This document shows, in pieces, positions 1 to 8,759 of a DNA stretch of 58,325 bases. Numbering within the stretch: position 1 is the first letter of the stretch; each line of letters begins with the position of its first letter. The stretch covers positions 1-58,325 of IMG/VR virus record IMGVR_UViG_3300032334_000450; one strand, 5' to 3'. A model generated the notes under the pieces. It searched no databases, was not told the origin of the DNA, and saw only the letters and a program-made list of their open reading frames with translations. The DNA comes from a virus. Lineage: Duplodnaviria; Caudoviricetes. The position numbers and the translations under genes were made by a program.

Positions 1-303
1 AATTCGCTTTGCCGCAGATTTGTCAATAACAGGCTTTGATGCGTTTTCATAGATGTCCAAAGCACGCTGTGTGTCTTCATCAAATGGCGGCTTGCGCTGA
101 GTCACTATCTTTTGAAGTAGCGCCTCACAGTTGGGTGTACATCTTTCTGGCTCATCCTTCGCTTCTAGTGCGGCTTTAATGGCGGTGATGGCTTCTGCAC
201 ATTCTTTGATGTTGTGCGCTGGCAATAAATCAGAATCAGTAGGCCAATATGCGTTTGTCAACGCCTTCAATGCAAGGCGTAATGCTTCATCTGTGTGGAT
301 CAT
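1..303 (-). CDS. small phage protein, truncated at window start (MIHTDEALRLALKAL...)
   Basis: ATG at 303 read by hand; open to position 1; overlaps the stop of 287..538. Confidence 0.7.
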   Translation of the reverse strand, partial: MIHTDEALRLALKALTNAYWPTDSDLLPAHNIKECAEAITAIKAALEAKDEPERCTPNCEALLQKIVTQRKPPFDEDTQRALDIYENASKPVIDKSAAKRI

Positions 304-538
304 TTTGTTTCTCCGGCATTGGACAATCAGGTGGTACAGGAACCGCACACCATATAGCTCTCCATTTAAGCCTAGGTGCGGGTTCCCATCGGTCTATGTA
401 CGTGTCAGGCATGTTCTTCAGCAAGTGACGTACATTTCTTTTCTCGCGACTAACTGCGGTGCAAATGTCTTCAAGTGTCATACCATCTTCATTAGCCCGC
501 AGTAAGGCGCGAATCTCATGCGTCGCGTTTGTTCTCAT
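287..538 (-). CDS. small putative (winged) HTH DNA-binding protein
   Basis: GMTLEDICTAVSREKRNVRHLL resembles a helix-turn-helix; tightly packed in minus-strand operon. Confidence 0.55.
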   Translation of the reverse strand: MRTNATHEIRALLRANEDGMTLEDICTAVSREKRNVRHLLKNMPDTYIDRWEPAPRLKWRAIWCAVPVPPDCPMPEKQNDPHR

Positions 539-758
539 CGATGAACTCGTTAAGTTTGTTCATGTAATGCAGTGCTTTGTTAGCATCATCTGAACCATCT
601 TTTCTACCTTGTCGCATAGCATACTTAATGATGTTGCCTTTGAGAAACCCGAGAAACTCTTCGGGCGTCATCAAGGATTCCATTACAGTCCACGGCTGTA
701 CGGGCATGTCTTTGTAGTGCGATCCACCGACCTGCACGTCATCTGCTTTAGTACTCAT
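516..758 (-). CDS. DUF3310 family protein (T7 gp1.7-like nucleotide kinase domain)
   Basis: QVGGSHY...GFLKGNIIKYAMR.G.K...D..KA.HY family signature. Confidence 0.85.
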   Translation of the reverse strand: MSTKADDVQVGGSHYKDMPVQPWTVMESLMTPEEFLGFLKGNIIKYAMRQGRKDGSDDANKALHYMNKLNEFIDENKRDA

Positions 759-955
759 TTTTTCGCCTTCCTTTGTCTAAGGTTTCTACCAGTTACTCTG
801 TCAGTCCAACACGATGCACATATCCATCTGGTCTGACTCATTTGCACCCCGCCTTCTGGCGGCCGCATTTCTTCGCACTTGTTGCATAAGCGCAGTTGGT
901 GAGCCGGTTGTTTGCTACCTATGTCCAAGTGGTTGTTTACAAAATTACTCTTCAT
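755..955 (-). CDS. small zinc-ribbon protein
   Basis: CNKC...WICASC; ATGA overlap with upstream gene supports start at 955. Confidence 0.7.
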   Translation of the reverse strand: MKSNFVNNHLDIGSKQPAHQLRLCNKCEEMRPPEGGVQMSQTRWICASCWTDRVTGRNLRQRKAKK

Positions 956-1194
956 TGTTCCTCGTCCCATATGTCTTCTGTCCAAACAAGAATTGGCGTC
1001 GATGGGCCTAGGTACCCACCTTCGATGTTGAACTCAATAAACTCACGTGCTTCTTCGTGCGTCATTCCATCACGCTCTACGAGTATGTCTCGTATCTTTT
1101 CTGCGTTGTAAATAAGCACACTCACCAAGCGACGATTTCGGTGTATGTATGCGGGGCCAATGATGGCCTCGTCGTAGCCGTCGTATTTAATCAT
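952..1194 (-). CDS. conserved phage hypothetical protein (DGYDEAIIG...EFNIEGGYLGPSTP type)
   Basis: ORF track; motif typical of environmental phage proteins; operon packing. Confidence 0.75.
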   Translation of the reverse strand: MIKYDGYDEAIIGPAYIHRNRRLVSVLIYNAEKIRDILVERDGMTHEEAREFIEFNIEGGYLGPSTPILVWTEDIWDEEQ

Positions 1195-1378
1195 GCAATG
1201 CTTTCTCTTTTAGTTCCTCAATTGGTGTCCATCCATATCGACGCCATACAGATTGCACATCTGCACCAGAAGTCCATATAAAACGTGGGTCGTTAACTGG
1301 TATTTTGGGAAAGCACACCGAGCGAACGGGAATGCCTTGGTGAACAATTGGTTCTTGGTTCATGATAGTAAGCCTCAC
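1187..1378 (-). CDS. hypothetical protein
   Basis: overlapping start/stop with both neighbours. Confidence 0.65.
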   Translation of the reverse strand: MRLTIMNQEPIVHQGIPVRSVCFPKIPVNDPRFIWTSGADVQSVWRRYGWTPIEELKEKALHD

Positions 1379-1662
1379 ACGATTGGTTTGAAACAGATTG
1401 ACCCAACGACCTCGCCACGATTGACGATGTCATAAAACTTGCCGACGCTTTTTGCCCCCATGCGTGCCATGTCGCTAAGTACCACAGTCATCGATCGTCC
1501 AAGTGTTGAAACGTACACGACAAGGTTCTCTTCATCAACGGACAACCACTCACGGTCTTGGTCGATGTTGACACCTAGTTCTTCAAAACCTCGCACGAGT
1601 TTTGTCTCGATGCGAGTCAGTCGATACTGAATATCTTTTTCTTTTGTGTTAGGTGCGTTCAT
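1375..1662 (-). CDS. hypothetical protein
   Basis: ORF track; operon packing. Confidence 0.7.
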   Translation of the reverse strand: MNAPNTKEKDIQYRLTRIETKLVRGFEELGVNIDQDREWLSVDEENLVVYVSTLGRSMTVVLSDMARMGAKSVGKFYDIVNRGEVVGSICFKPIV

Positions 1663-1669
1663 ATTGTTC

Positions 1670-2812
1670 TCACAGTGCTACAGTAACCCGAGTGCCGAAG
1701 GGCTCTCGTGGATGGGACAGGCCGATATCAGCCCAGATAACAGGGTACTCAGGTTCCTCGCATTCATCCAAGTCACCCTCCATGTCGGTAAAGAAAATCA
1801 TGCCGCAGTAACGCTCACCGGTCTTGCCGAAGTGCTCGAACACTGGTTGAAAGCGCGTGCCGCCACCGCCCTTGGGCTGTAGCTTAAGCATGTCGTCACG
1901 TTCGAAACGTTCTACATGTGTAACCGAAGAGTCGCAGTAAACAACCTCAACGAATGATGGCTGCAAGTCGTCAACGATTGCCTGAATCTCAGCGGCGATC
2001 TGGTTGCATTCCTTGGGGCCCATCGAGCCTGATGTGTCAAAGCCAATGGCTAGGCCACCGAGTGAGTCAGTGCGAAGCGACGGCATATACAAACCAGAAC
2101 CGATGAAGCGACGCGAAGGACGTAGGTACGTATAGTCCGCGGCCGATGATTCTGTCAGCATGGAACGAGTCACGTCTTGCCAACGCACATTGGGTTTGCC
2201 TACGCTGTCGAGTACGCGATCGATCATGCTAGAACCTTGGCCGCATTCTTTGGCCATCTTGGCGGCGGCAACAATGGTAGCTTCCATGTCAACACGTGTA
2301 GCCTCGTCTTGTGCATCCTCAAGATCACCCTTGCCGTCAAAGCCACCGGCATTGGGCGTACCCTCGCTGTCGCCATCACCTGAGCCAGAACCATTAGATG
2401 GAGGCGGAGGATTTTCTTTGAGCTTGGCGTAGACTTCCTCGGAGGACATATGCTCACGCACCCAACGCAAGTCGACACCACCCTTGGGCAACTGCCAACC
2501 ACGACTACGTATGTACGCATTGATAAGCGCATCATTGGCATAGTTCCACAAGCTAGGATCACGACTCTCACGTCTCCACATGTGCATCATCACGACGTGG
2601 CATGCCTCATGCAACACAAGGCCAAACAATTCCTCGTCGGTCAGCGGATCACAGAACGCAGGGTTAAAGCGTACCCACGTACCATTGGTGCCGGCAGTCG
2701 ATACCTTGTCAGATATCTCACGCTTGACACGTGTCATGACAGCGGCAATGAATGATTCGCGAAGGCCGAGCTTGCTGTAAGCCACATCAATTCGATCAGA
2801 TAAGTTGCTCAT
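1670..2812 (-). CDS. DUF2201-like metallopeptidase + vWA domain protein
   Basis: LHEACH (HExxH), DTSGSM (MIDAS DxSxS), GGGGTRF, FFTD motifs. Confidence 0.88.
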   Translation of the reverse strand: MSNLSDRIDVAYSKLGLRESFIAAVMTRVKREISDKVSTAGTNGTWVRFNPAFCDPLTDEELFGLVLHEACHVVMMHMWRRESRDPSLWNYANDALINAYIRSRGWQLPKGGVDLRWVREHMSSEEVYAKLKENPPPPSNGSGSGDGDSEGTPNAGGFDGKGDLEDAQDEATRVDMEATIVAAAKMAKECGQGSSMIDRVLDSVGKPNVRWQDVTRSMLTESSAADYTYLRPSRRFIGSGLYMPSLRTDSLGGLAIGFDTSGSMGPKECNQIAAEIQAIVDDLQPSFVEVVYCDSSVTHVERFERDDMLKLQPKGGGGTRFQPVFEHFGKTGERYCGMIFFTDMEGDLDECEEPEYPVIWADIGLSHPREPFGTRVTVAL

Positions 2813-2836
2813 AATTTCTCCAGTAAGTAAACAAGT

Positions 2837-2852
2837 TAATCCCGTGGGATTA
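2837..2852. repeat. palindromic repeat copy 1 (TAATCCCGTGGGATTA)
   Basis: read directly; 2 nt after stop of 2855..3133. Confidence 0.95.
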
Positions 2853-2854
2853 GG

Positions 2855-3133
2855 TCAATTATATTCCAATGCAAACAAAGATTCAACAAAGACACGCGCA
2901 GTCTGCAAGTCATCGAAGGACTTTACATCATCGAACGTGTTGCGCGTCACAACCCACCCACGATCCGAGTCGAGTAACCCAGACTTGTTGTAGGCGGGAC
3001 GGACATACGCAAACACGTGCTTGACGATAGACTGCTTACGATTCTTGTATAAGCTGTGTTTCTCTACGTAGGCAGTCCAAGAACCAACTGGTGTGTTCTG
3101 CCAACGTAACTCTGGTCGTTTGTCAGTAACCAT
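2855..3133 (-). CDS. hypothetical protein
   Basis: ORF track; start overlaps AAA gene stop. Confidence 0.7.
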   Translation of the reverse strand: MVTDKRPELRWQNTPVGSWTAYVEKHSLYKNRKQSIVKHVFAYVRPAYNKSGLLDSDRGWVVTRNTFDDVKSFDDLQTARVFVESLFALEYN

Positions 3134-4140
3134 TATTTCATCGCGAACGCGGCCTGATTAGCGATAGCCCACTGGGTAAACGCTGAACTCTTAGTGATCG
3201 TGCGGTCACGCTTGTGTGCCAGTTTAATGGTGAGTGTCTGCACATCGCCGGGCATCTTGGACAGGAACTTCCATGCCTTGTCGAAGTTGGTAGCGTCGAG
3301 ACGTGTAGCCAAGCCCATCGCCACGCAGTAACGCACGTTGAGTTCTTTGGGCACGGGCACGTCCTTACCCTGCAAGATGTCCTCGATACGTGGCATTGAT
3401 TCCCATACACGCAAGTGTGTCTCGAAGATCATGGCCGCTTCCTCACCGACGTCACCCTTGATAAGTTCGACGCGATCCTGCACAGGCAAGTCAAGCTCCA
3501 GTGTGTGCGACACAGCGAACCACGAACGTGGTGAAGGGAAAGGACGAATGTCACCAGTGGGCTCGAACTTGTGCAACAAGTCAGGGCGATCTTGTAACAG
3601 AGACAGAATCTCTGGGCGAATGCCGCGTGTGATTGCATGGGCAACGAAGTCGTCGATCGTGGTGTTGACGTCAATGTCACACATGCGGTTCTGCAGTGGT
3701 GCGGCAAGGTTAAACGTAACGCCTCGGTCAGTCTTACGATTGCCGGCGGCAATGACCATCCACTCAGCGGGAATGCCGAAGTCCTCGGGTGTTAAGCATA
3801 GTTGATATGCCGCGGCTTGCACTGATGGCGGTGCTGATGTGATCTCGTCAAGGAACAAGATACCGGCACCAGACTCTGGCAAGAAACTAGGGCGTGCCCA
3901 GTTGGTGCGGCCTTCGACAACGTGGGGAATACCACGCAAGTCAGTGGGCTCCATCTGCGCTAAGCGCAAGTCAATGACACCCTGCCAGTTGGCAACGTGC
4001 TCAGATAAAAGTTTGCTAGTCTGAAACACAACCTCAGACTTTCCGATACCCGATGGGCCACGCAAGAATGTTGTACGTGCTCGTGTGTTGTCGTTGAGAT
4101 AACGCTTAACGAGAATGGGTGTAACGTGTGCAATACGCAT
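3133..4140 (-). CDS. MoxR-like AAA+ ATPase
   Basis: Walker A GPSGIGKS, Walker B ILFLDE, AAGN sensor, arginine finger LQNR, PSPRSW motif. Confidence 0.9.
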   Translation of the reverse strand: MRIAHVTPILVKRYLNDNTRARTTFLRGPSGIGKSEVVFQTSKLLSEHVANWQGVIDLRLAQMEPTDLRGIPHVVEGRTNWARPSFLPESGAGILFLDEITSAPPSVQAAAYQLCLTPEDFGIPAEWMVIAAGNRKTDRGVTFNLAAPLQNRMCDIDVNTTIDDFVAHAITRGIRPEILSLLQDRPDLLHKFEPTGDIRPFPSPRSWFAVSHTLELDLPVQDRVELIKGDVGEEAAMIFETHLRVWESMPRIEDILQGKDVPVPKELNVRYCVAMGLATRLDATNFDKAWKFLSKMPGDVQTLTIKLAHKRDRTITKSSAFTQWAIANQAAFAMK

Positions 4141-4200
4141 GATAATTTCCTTTAGTAAACAAGTTTGAGAAAGTGCCGATGAACCGCATCGGCTACGGGT

Positions 4201-4216
4201 TAATCCCGTGGGATTA
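4201..4216. repeat. palindromic repeat copy 2
   Basis: TAATCCCGTGGGATTA; contains TAA stop of 4214..4426. Confidence 0.95.
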
Positions 4217-4426
4217 GTTTAGGGGAGTAACAGGCATGCCGTCAACAACATCGGTTGGAGCTGCTTCTGCTTTGGCACGATGCTCAGCTTCCTGAGCTTG
4301 CGCTTGTTGCAAGATGTTGTCAATCATTCCACGCATGAGGCCATGAGGGCCGGCGTCGAGAGTGCGTAACAAAACCTGCAACGCGTTAACGTCGAGATTC
4401 AAATCGAGTTTGATGGAATAGTTCAT
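4214..4426 (-). CDS. hypothetical protein
   Basis: AAGGA RBS; stop inside repeat. Confidence 0.75.
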   Translation of the reverse strand: MNYSIKLDLNLDVNALQVLLRTLDAGPHGLMRGMIDNILQQAQAQEAEHRAKAEAAPTDVVDGMPVTPLN

Positions 4427-4473
4427 AAGTTTCCTTTGGTTAATAAGTGTCTGCTGTTAGGCAGGCGTACAGT

Positions 4474-4713
4474 TTAATTGGATTCTGAGTTGAGTGCAAG
4501 TTTAGCATGGTCAACTGTTGTAAATGCTTTCATTGTTGGGCGGTCGGTTACTTCCTCCACGTGTTTATATGATTGCAATGTGTAGTCGTACGCGATCGGC
4601 TCTGCATTACACAGTAACTTGAACAACGCAAACGCGTCGTCAGCATTGAGCAACACAGTGTTGTACTTGTAAGGTATGTCGATCACGGCCATGGATTTCT
4701 TGTTGTCAACCAT
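4474..4713 (-). CDS. hypothetical protein (MVDNKKSMAV...)
   Basis: 3' part of ORF 4474..4986; ATG at 4713 immediately after upstream stop with GGAG RBS. Confidence 0.7.
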   Translation of the reverse strand: MVDNKKSMAVIDIPYKYNTVLLNADDAFALFKLLCNAEPIAYDYTLQSYKHVEEVTDRPTMKAFTTVDHAKLALNSESN

Positions 4714-4714
4714 G

Positions 4715-5596
4715 TCAGAACTCCAACATTTCATCAATGGACGCAAGTAGCGCAGTGGTCTGTATGTTAACTGCCTTACGCTTTTCTGGATCATCGCGAA
4801 GTTGTTGCGGATGTGGTGTGGTATCGATAACTGTTTTTGCAAGCGCAAGGATGTTGTCGGGGAGAATCTCAGCGAAGTCATGAAGCAAGTTAATTTCTTC
4901 TGCAATGTTCTCGCACACTGAGTCACGGAAGATCGGTGCACGTATCTCAGACACGCCAGTTTTCTTGTTAAGTATCTCACGTTCACCCTTTCCAGTTACC
5001 TCATGTAAGCGAGCGACCACTTCTTTGAGACGCTCCAGTGGAGCGCGAAGCACGGCGTTCATTGACTCTTTAGTTGCCTCTTCTACTTGTTGCCTGAGTG
5101 TGTTGATCTCATCCTCTTGCAACGATACGCGGAAGTCACCCATGTCTGTGATGGGGCGGTAGTTAATGCGGAACCTGAACGCATTGCGTAAGTCCTGCAA
5201 GTCTGGGTATGCACTGGGATCGAACAACCCGCCTTGACTAGCTTGTGCATGCATCATGACGTTGCTCCAGTTGTTGAGGAACGCGGTTACAGATTGGTCA
5301 AACTCAAGCTCGAACTTACCCATACGTTCTGCAAACTGCATAAAGCGTACAGACGGGAGCATGTCCTCACCCCTACCCCATGGGTATGTGGTGCTGTTGA
5401 TGTATGCACGGGCTTGCGACTCGACCATGTTGATCGGTTGGATGAGTGACTTGGGATACAAGTCTTTGCGGTACTGCCCTGCACCATGTGCGTTGTTGGC
5501 AAGTTCTGCATCAGATGTTGCTTTGTGATCCTTCTGAGTCATCTGTGGTTTATTGACTGACAGGGACACAAGCAATGCGTGGTCTTTGATTGACAT
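4715..5596 (-). CDS. DUF3150-like protein
   Basis: helical 293-aa protein with YPW...LP and YP....LR..F motifs, next to AAA/vWA pair. Confidence 0.6.
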   Translation of the reverse strand: MSIKDHALLVSLSVNKPQMTQKDHKATSDAELANNAHGAGQYRKDLYPKSLIQPINMVESQARAYINSTTYPWGRGEDMLPSVRFMQFAERMGKFELEFDQSVTAFLNNWSNVMMHAQASQGGLFDPSAYPDLQDLRNAFRFRINYRPITDMGDFRVSLQEDEINTLRQQVEEATKESMNAVLRAPLERLKEVVARLHEVTGKGEREILNKKTGVSEIRAPIFRDSVCENIAEEINLLHDFAEILPDNILALAKTVIDTTPHPQQLRDDPEKRKAVNIQTTALLASIDEMLEF

Positions 5597-5617
5597 AAGT
5601 TTCTCCAGTTAAAGGGT

Positions 5618-5633
5618 TAATCCCGTGGGATTA
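5618..5633. repeat. palindromic repeat copy 3
   Basis: TAATCCCGTGGGATTA; contains stop of 5631..6002. Confidence 0.95.
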
Positions 5634-6002
5634 GAGGGCGTCACGAATGACGGTGCGGACAGCTTCTTCGAAGTCACCGCCTGAGAAGTTAACTTCGAAG
5701 TTCTCGAGTTTCTGGTCGACAACATCGTCGATCTTGGACTCGAAGTCGAAGTCGTTCATAGCATCCTCAGTCTTCTGACTGATCTGGTCGTCGATGTAGG
5801 ACACTGACGCATCGCATACTGCCTCACGTGTCTGGTCGTCGTTGTTGAGTAAGTCAATGACTGACAAGCGCAAGGTCTCGGGATCGAGCGCAAGCACGGC
5901 CTGAGTCTCAGCTTTCATCTTGCTGAGGACTGCGTCTGCAACGTCCGACACCAGTTTGTCGTACACGCCGCCGAAAATAGATAACAGTTGTGATTGATCC
6001 AT
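5631..6002 (-). CDS. acidic hypothetical protein
   Basis: GGAG RBS before ATG at 6002; D/E-rich C-terminal half. Confidence 0.75.
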   Translation of the reverse strand: MDQSQLLSIFGGVYDKLVSDVADAVLSKMKAETQAVLALDPETLRLSVIDLLNNDDQTREAVCDASVSYIDDQISQKTEDAMNDFDFESKIDDVVDQKLENFEVNFSGGDFEEAVRTVIRDAL

Positions 6003-6026
6003 GATGATCTCCATTAGTAAACAAGT

Positions 6027-6042
6027 TAATCCCACGGGATTA
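6027..6042. repeat. palindromic repeat copy 4 (TAATCCCACGGGATTA)
   Basis: read directly; lies in leader downstream of promoter. Confidence 0.95.
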
Positions 6043-6086
6043 GGAAAGGACAAGGGGTGTGGGCGATCCCCTAGTCCATGGTCATT

Positions 6087-6115
6087 ATTGTAACAGGTTG
6101 TGGTGTGGTTGTCAA
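6087..6115 (-). promoter_or_regulatory. sigma70-type early promoter
   Basis: TTGACA-17 bp-TACAAT on minus strand. Confidence 0.85.
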
Positions 6116-6116
6116 G

Positions 6117-6710
6117 TCAGAAGGCTAACTCCATCTGTGCGGGATGCGACAACCTGCGTCTATCCCATTCCAGTTCCTTGACTGCCTCGTCGAGTACCGC
6201 GAGCTTGTCCTCCGCCATGTCTTCGTCCAAGGCAAGGCCGCTCTCGTATCCGCCTACGTGAGACTGGATGTCGAAGTCAAGCTCGCCGTCAATGATGGCA
6301 GTCAGCTCGAGAAAAACCCAGTGCCACTCGTCGTCGTACCAACCTTTGAGATACTTGTAGTCTGCGTCGACGGCCTTCATGCAGTCCTCGGGTGTCACGT
6401 GTCCCCATTCCTTGCGGGCTACCTCAAGCGACGCCATGACGTCGTAGTACAGATCACGCACCCCACGTGAATTTTTATACAGTGGGCGTAGCATCCGCAA
6501 GCGCGTCTCTTCCTCAAGCTCGGGTTCTTCGTCGAGCAAATGCTGCTCCATCTGGTACTCGCTGAGCGGGTTCCAACCCATCTCGACCACAACCCCGTGG
6601 CAGTCTGACCACTCGAGTGGGGACGTTGCGTCATGATCCTGTATCCAACGCACGCGGTATTGCCTACCGTTCTTGTGCACGAATATTTCTTGGTGTGTGA
6701 TGTCACTCAT
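6117..6710 (-). CDS. acidic hypothetical protein
   Basis: 197 aa; AGGAG RBS. Confidence 0.8.
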   Translation of the reverse strand: MSDITHQEIFVHKNGRQYRVRWIQDHDATSPLEWSDCHGVVVEMGWNPLSEYQMEQHLLDEEPELEEETRLRMLRPLYKNSRGVRDLYYDVMASLEVARKEWGHVTPEDCMKAVDADYKYLKGWYDDEWHWVFLELTAIIDGELDFDIQSHVGGYESGLALDEDMAEDKLAVLDEAVKELEWDRRRLSHPAQMELAF

Positions 6711-6719
6711 GATTGCTCC

Positions 6720-7115
6720 TTAAATAAAATTTGATCTACGGGTTAGCTCGATGTAGTTGTCTACATAAACACCCTCGTTGTTGTATGCATCGGTCTGCGT
6801 ATCGATGTCGTCGTCTTCCTCACCCAAGCGCATGAACACAAACGCACCCTCATAGGTTTTACTTACAAGTTGCATGAGTTTGATCTGCATGTCAACCCAT
6901 GGCGTTGACTCGTACCACTTGACATCGTTGTAATGCACGCGAATCTGGTACGGATACTCATCGCTGTTGTCGATGTGGTAATCCCAGTCGTTGTTGATGA
7001 TGTCAAGCCCAGAGTTAACATCAGAGGCAATCAGCATTGCTTCCAACTTAAAGGCTTGGCGGTTCTCCTCTGTATTAAATAACATGACGTACTTTACGTC
7101 TGATCTGTAACCCAT
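6720..7115 (-). CDS. conserved phage protein (MGYRSDV...F.RLGEEDDD type)
   Basis: recognisable N- and C-terminal motifs; RBS. Confidence 0.8.
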   Translation of the reverse strand: MGYRSDVKYVMLFNTEENRQAFKLEAMLIASDVNSGLDIINNDWDYHIDNSDEYPYQIRVHYNDVKWYESTPWVDMQIKLMQLVSKTYEGAFVFMRLGEEDDDIDTQTDAYNNEGVYVDNYIELTRRSNFI

Positions 7116-7129
7116 AATAGTTCCTTCCT

Positions 7130-7145
7130 TAATTCCGTGGGATTA
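7130..7145. repeat. palindromic repeat copy 5 (variant TAATTCCGTGGGATTA)
   Basis: one mismatch; contains stop of 7143..7427. Confidence 0.9.
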
Positions 7146-7427
7146 GTTACACATTGCAAAAAACAAAGCGACACGTTGTGTCGTGCCATAGTGGCCGGTT
7201 ATTTCGTCGTACTCGAACTCCTCACGAGAGTGGTCAATCACAACCATGTGGGAATACACCCACAAGTTGTCGTCAGAATCCCGCCAGTCGTCAGTGCTTG
7301 CACTGAACCATTCATCGATGAGGGTTTGCTCCTCGTCGTCAAGTCCTGACGGATCGGCATTGATTAGGTACGGCAAGGCGAACTCACCGATCACACATTC
7401 AATAGTTTCAAATACAGTAAAAGTCAT
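7143..7427 (-). CDS. acidic hypothetical protein (ALPYLINADPSGLDDEE)
   Basis: ORF track; ATGA overlap. Confidence 0.75.
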   Translation of the reverse strand: MTFTVFETIECVIGEFALPYLINADPSGLDDEEQTLIDEWFSASTDDWRDSDDNLWVYSHMVVIDHSREEFEYDEITGHYGTTQRVALFFAMCN

Positions 7428-7621
7428 AGCACATCCTTTTGAATTAGTTCAATGTTGTCAATCTTCACAGGGCTCAACTCGTCGAAGTCTTCGTCGATGT
7501 TGGCGTTATTTAAAAAGTTATTAGCCGCATGGATGAGCGCATCCTCGGTGCTGTCTGCAATTACCTTGGTGCGGTAAAACACCTCGCGTCGTGAATAAAC
7601 AACGTATTCATTAGCCATCAT
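7424..7621 (-). CDS. hypothetical protein
   Basis: ORF track; overlaps neighbours. Confidence 0.65.
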   Translation of the reverse strand: MMANEYVVYSRREVFYRTKVIADSTEDALIHAANNFLNNANIDEDFDELSPVKIDNIELIQKDVL

Positions 7622-7704
7622 GGTCTCCAGTAAAACAAGTCAAGTAGTAAAACAATTGCACCGATCAGGAACACAACGCGTTCCAGTTTTTCCCATTTAG
7701 TCAT
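7618..7704 (-). CDS. 28-aa membrane peptide MTKWEKLERVVFLIGAIVLLLDLFYWRP
   Basis: translated by hand; fills gap with overlaps; single hydrophobic helix. Confidence 0.65.
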   Translation of the reverse strand: MTKWEKLERVVFLIGAIVLLLDLFYWRP

Positions 7705-7825
7705 CATTGGATTCTCCTTCGTCGTCAACGACGACACGAATAATACGAACACCCTCAAAAATCTCGACGATCTCATAGTCGATGTCGCATGCGTCAAGCA
7801 ACGCGTGTAGTTCTTCCGCGGTCAT
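7697..7825 (-). CDS. 42-aa acidic protein MTAEELHALLDACDIDYEIVEIFEGVRIIRVVVDDEGESNDD
   Basis: translated by hand; AAGGA RBS right after repeat copy 6. Confidence 0.7.
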   Translation of the reverse strand: MTAEELHALLDACDIDYEIVEIFEGVRIIRVVVDDEGESNDD

Positions 7826-7836
7826 GATGTTTCCTT

Positions 7837-7852
7837 TAATCCCGTGGGATTA
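7837..7852. repeat. palindromic repeat copy 6
   Basis: TAATCCCGTGGGATTA; contains stop of 7850..8623. Confidence 0.95.
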
Positions 7853-8623
7853 GTTGTTGGTGTGAAGGGCTACGAATCCGGCCACAGTGGCACGCATTTG
7901 CTTGATGGGGTACTCAGATACAACATAGATAAAGTCAAGCACGTTGTTGCATGCCGTCATGAACTCAGGGTTATCGAAGTGTGACGCAACGGCTGACTGT
8001 GGGTGAATATCTTGCGACACGTTGCGAATGCATGTGTGAAGCTCTACCTTGGCCGCATCTAAATAGGAAAGCCTCGTTCCATCATGCAACCGCGGGCGCG
8101 TTGCGGCTATGGTCAAATACTCCATGGCTTTGTCGTAGTTCTGGCCGTACTGGCATGCCTCTGCACGATGGGGTTTTGTCAGTGATTGCGTTTTGAGGTC
8201 AAGGGCGTTGGCATTCCACTTGTAGCGTGTGCGGTAATTCTGCTCGAAACAACCCGTGCGATAAATGCGGGAGGTTATTTCTTCTGTGGTTTTACCTAGT
8301 TTCTGCATCTCTAAATGAAATGCTTGGAGGTATAGTGACTTGTGCCGTTTGGTCGTGGGTGAAAACCCGTTGACGTGCATCCATAGCTCAACGTTGCCCG
8401 TGTGGCCGTTGTGCACTAACTGTGCAACTTCTGTGCTGTATGAATAGCCAACGGCCAAAACATCGAAGTGCCCGAATGACTCAAGGTTGATTGCTTTTTG
8501 TTGTGAAAGCGTCGGGTTGCGTGCAGACATATTGGTGCCTACACCCAGTGAGCGCATTTCAGTGCCGCCGAGTTTTTTAGCCGCAGACGCAAAGCGTGCG
8601 GCAACTTGTGCATTAGTTGTCAT
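7850..8623 (-). CDS. hypothetical early protein
   Basis: 257 aa; GGAG RBS; YSYSTEVA...FSPTTKRH motif. Confidence 0.8.
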   Translation of the reverse strand: MTTNAQVAARFASAAKKLGGTEMRSLGVGTNMSARNPTLSQQKAINLESFGHFDVLAVGYSYSTEVAQLVHNGHTGNVELWMHVNGFSPTTKRHKSLYLQAFHLEMQKLGKTTEEITSRIYRTGCFEQNYRTRYKWNANALDLKTQSLTKPHRAEACQYGQNYDKAMEYLTIAATRPRLHDGTRLSYLDAAKVELHTCIRNVSQDIHPQSAVASHFDNPEFMTACNNVLDFIYVVSEYPIKQMRATVAGFVALHTNN

Positions 8624-8658
8624 GTTATCTCCAGTGATACGTTAATAAGTGAGGGAGT

Positions 8659-8674
8659 TAATCCCGTGGGATTA
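8659..8674. repeat. palindromic repeat copy 7
   Basis: TAATCCCGTGGGATTA in leader downstream of promoter. Confidence 0.95.
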
Positions 8675-8729
8675 GCACGGGTGTTTTGTCTTGCCGGTTT
8701 GCGTGGCCGCTCTCCGACTAAACATCCAC

Positions 8730-8758
8730 ATTGTAACACGTTGTGGTGCAGATGTCAA
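8730..8758 (-). promoter_or_regulatory. sigma70-type early promoter
   Basis: TTGACA-17 bp-TACAAT; 25/29 identical to promoter at 6087..6115. Confidence 0.85.
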
Positions 8759-8759
8759 A

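Noticed and set aside
4714-4986. Long 5' extension of ORF 4474..4986
   Set aside because: Overlaps 4715..5596 in another frame; a better start with RBS exists at 4713.
6003-6053. N-terminal extension (FPNPVGL...) of ORF 5631..6053 and NPVGL peptides in ORFs 2805..2993 and 10229..10504
   Set aside because: These are translations of the DNA repeat, not a protein motif.
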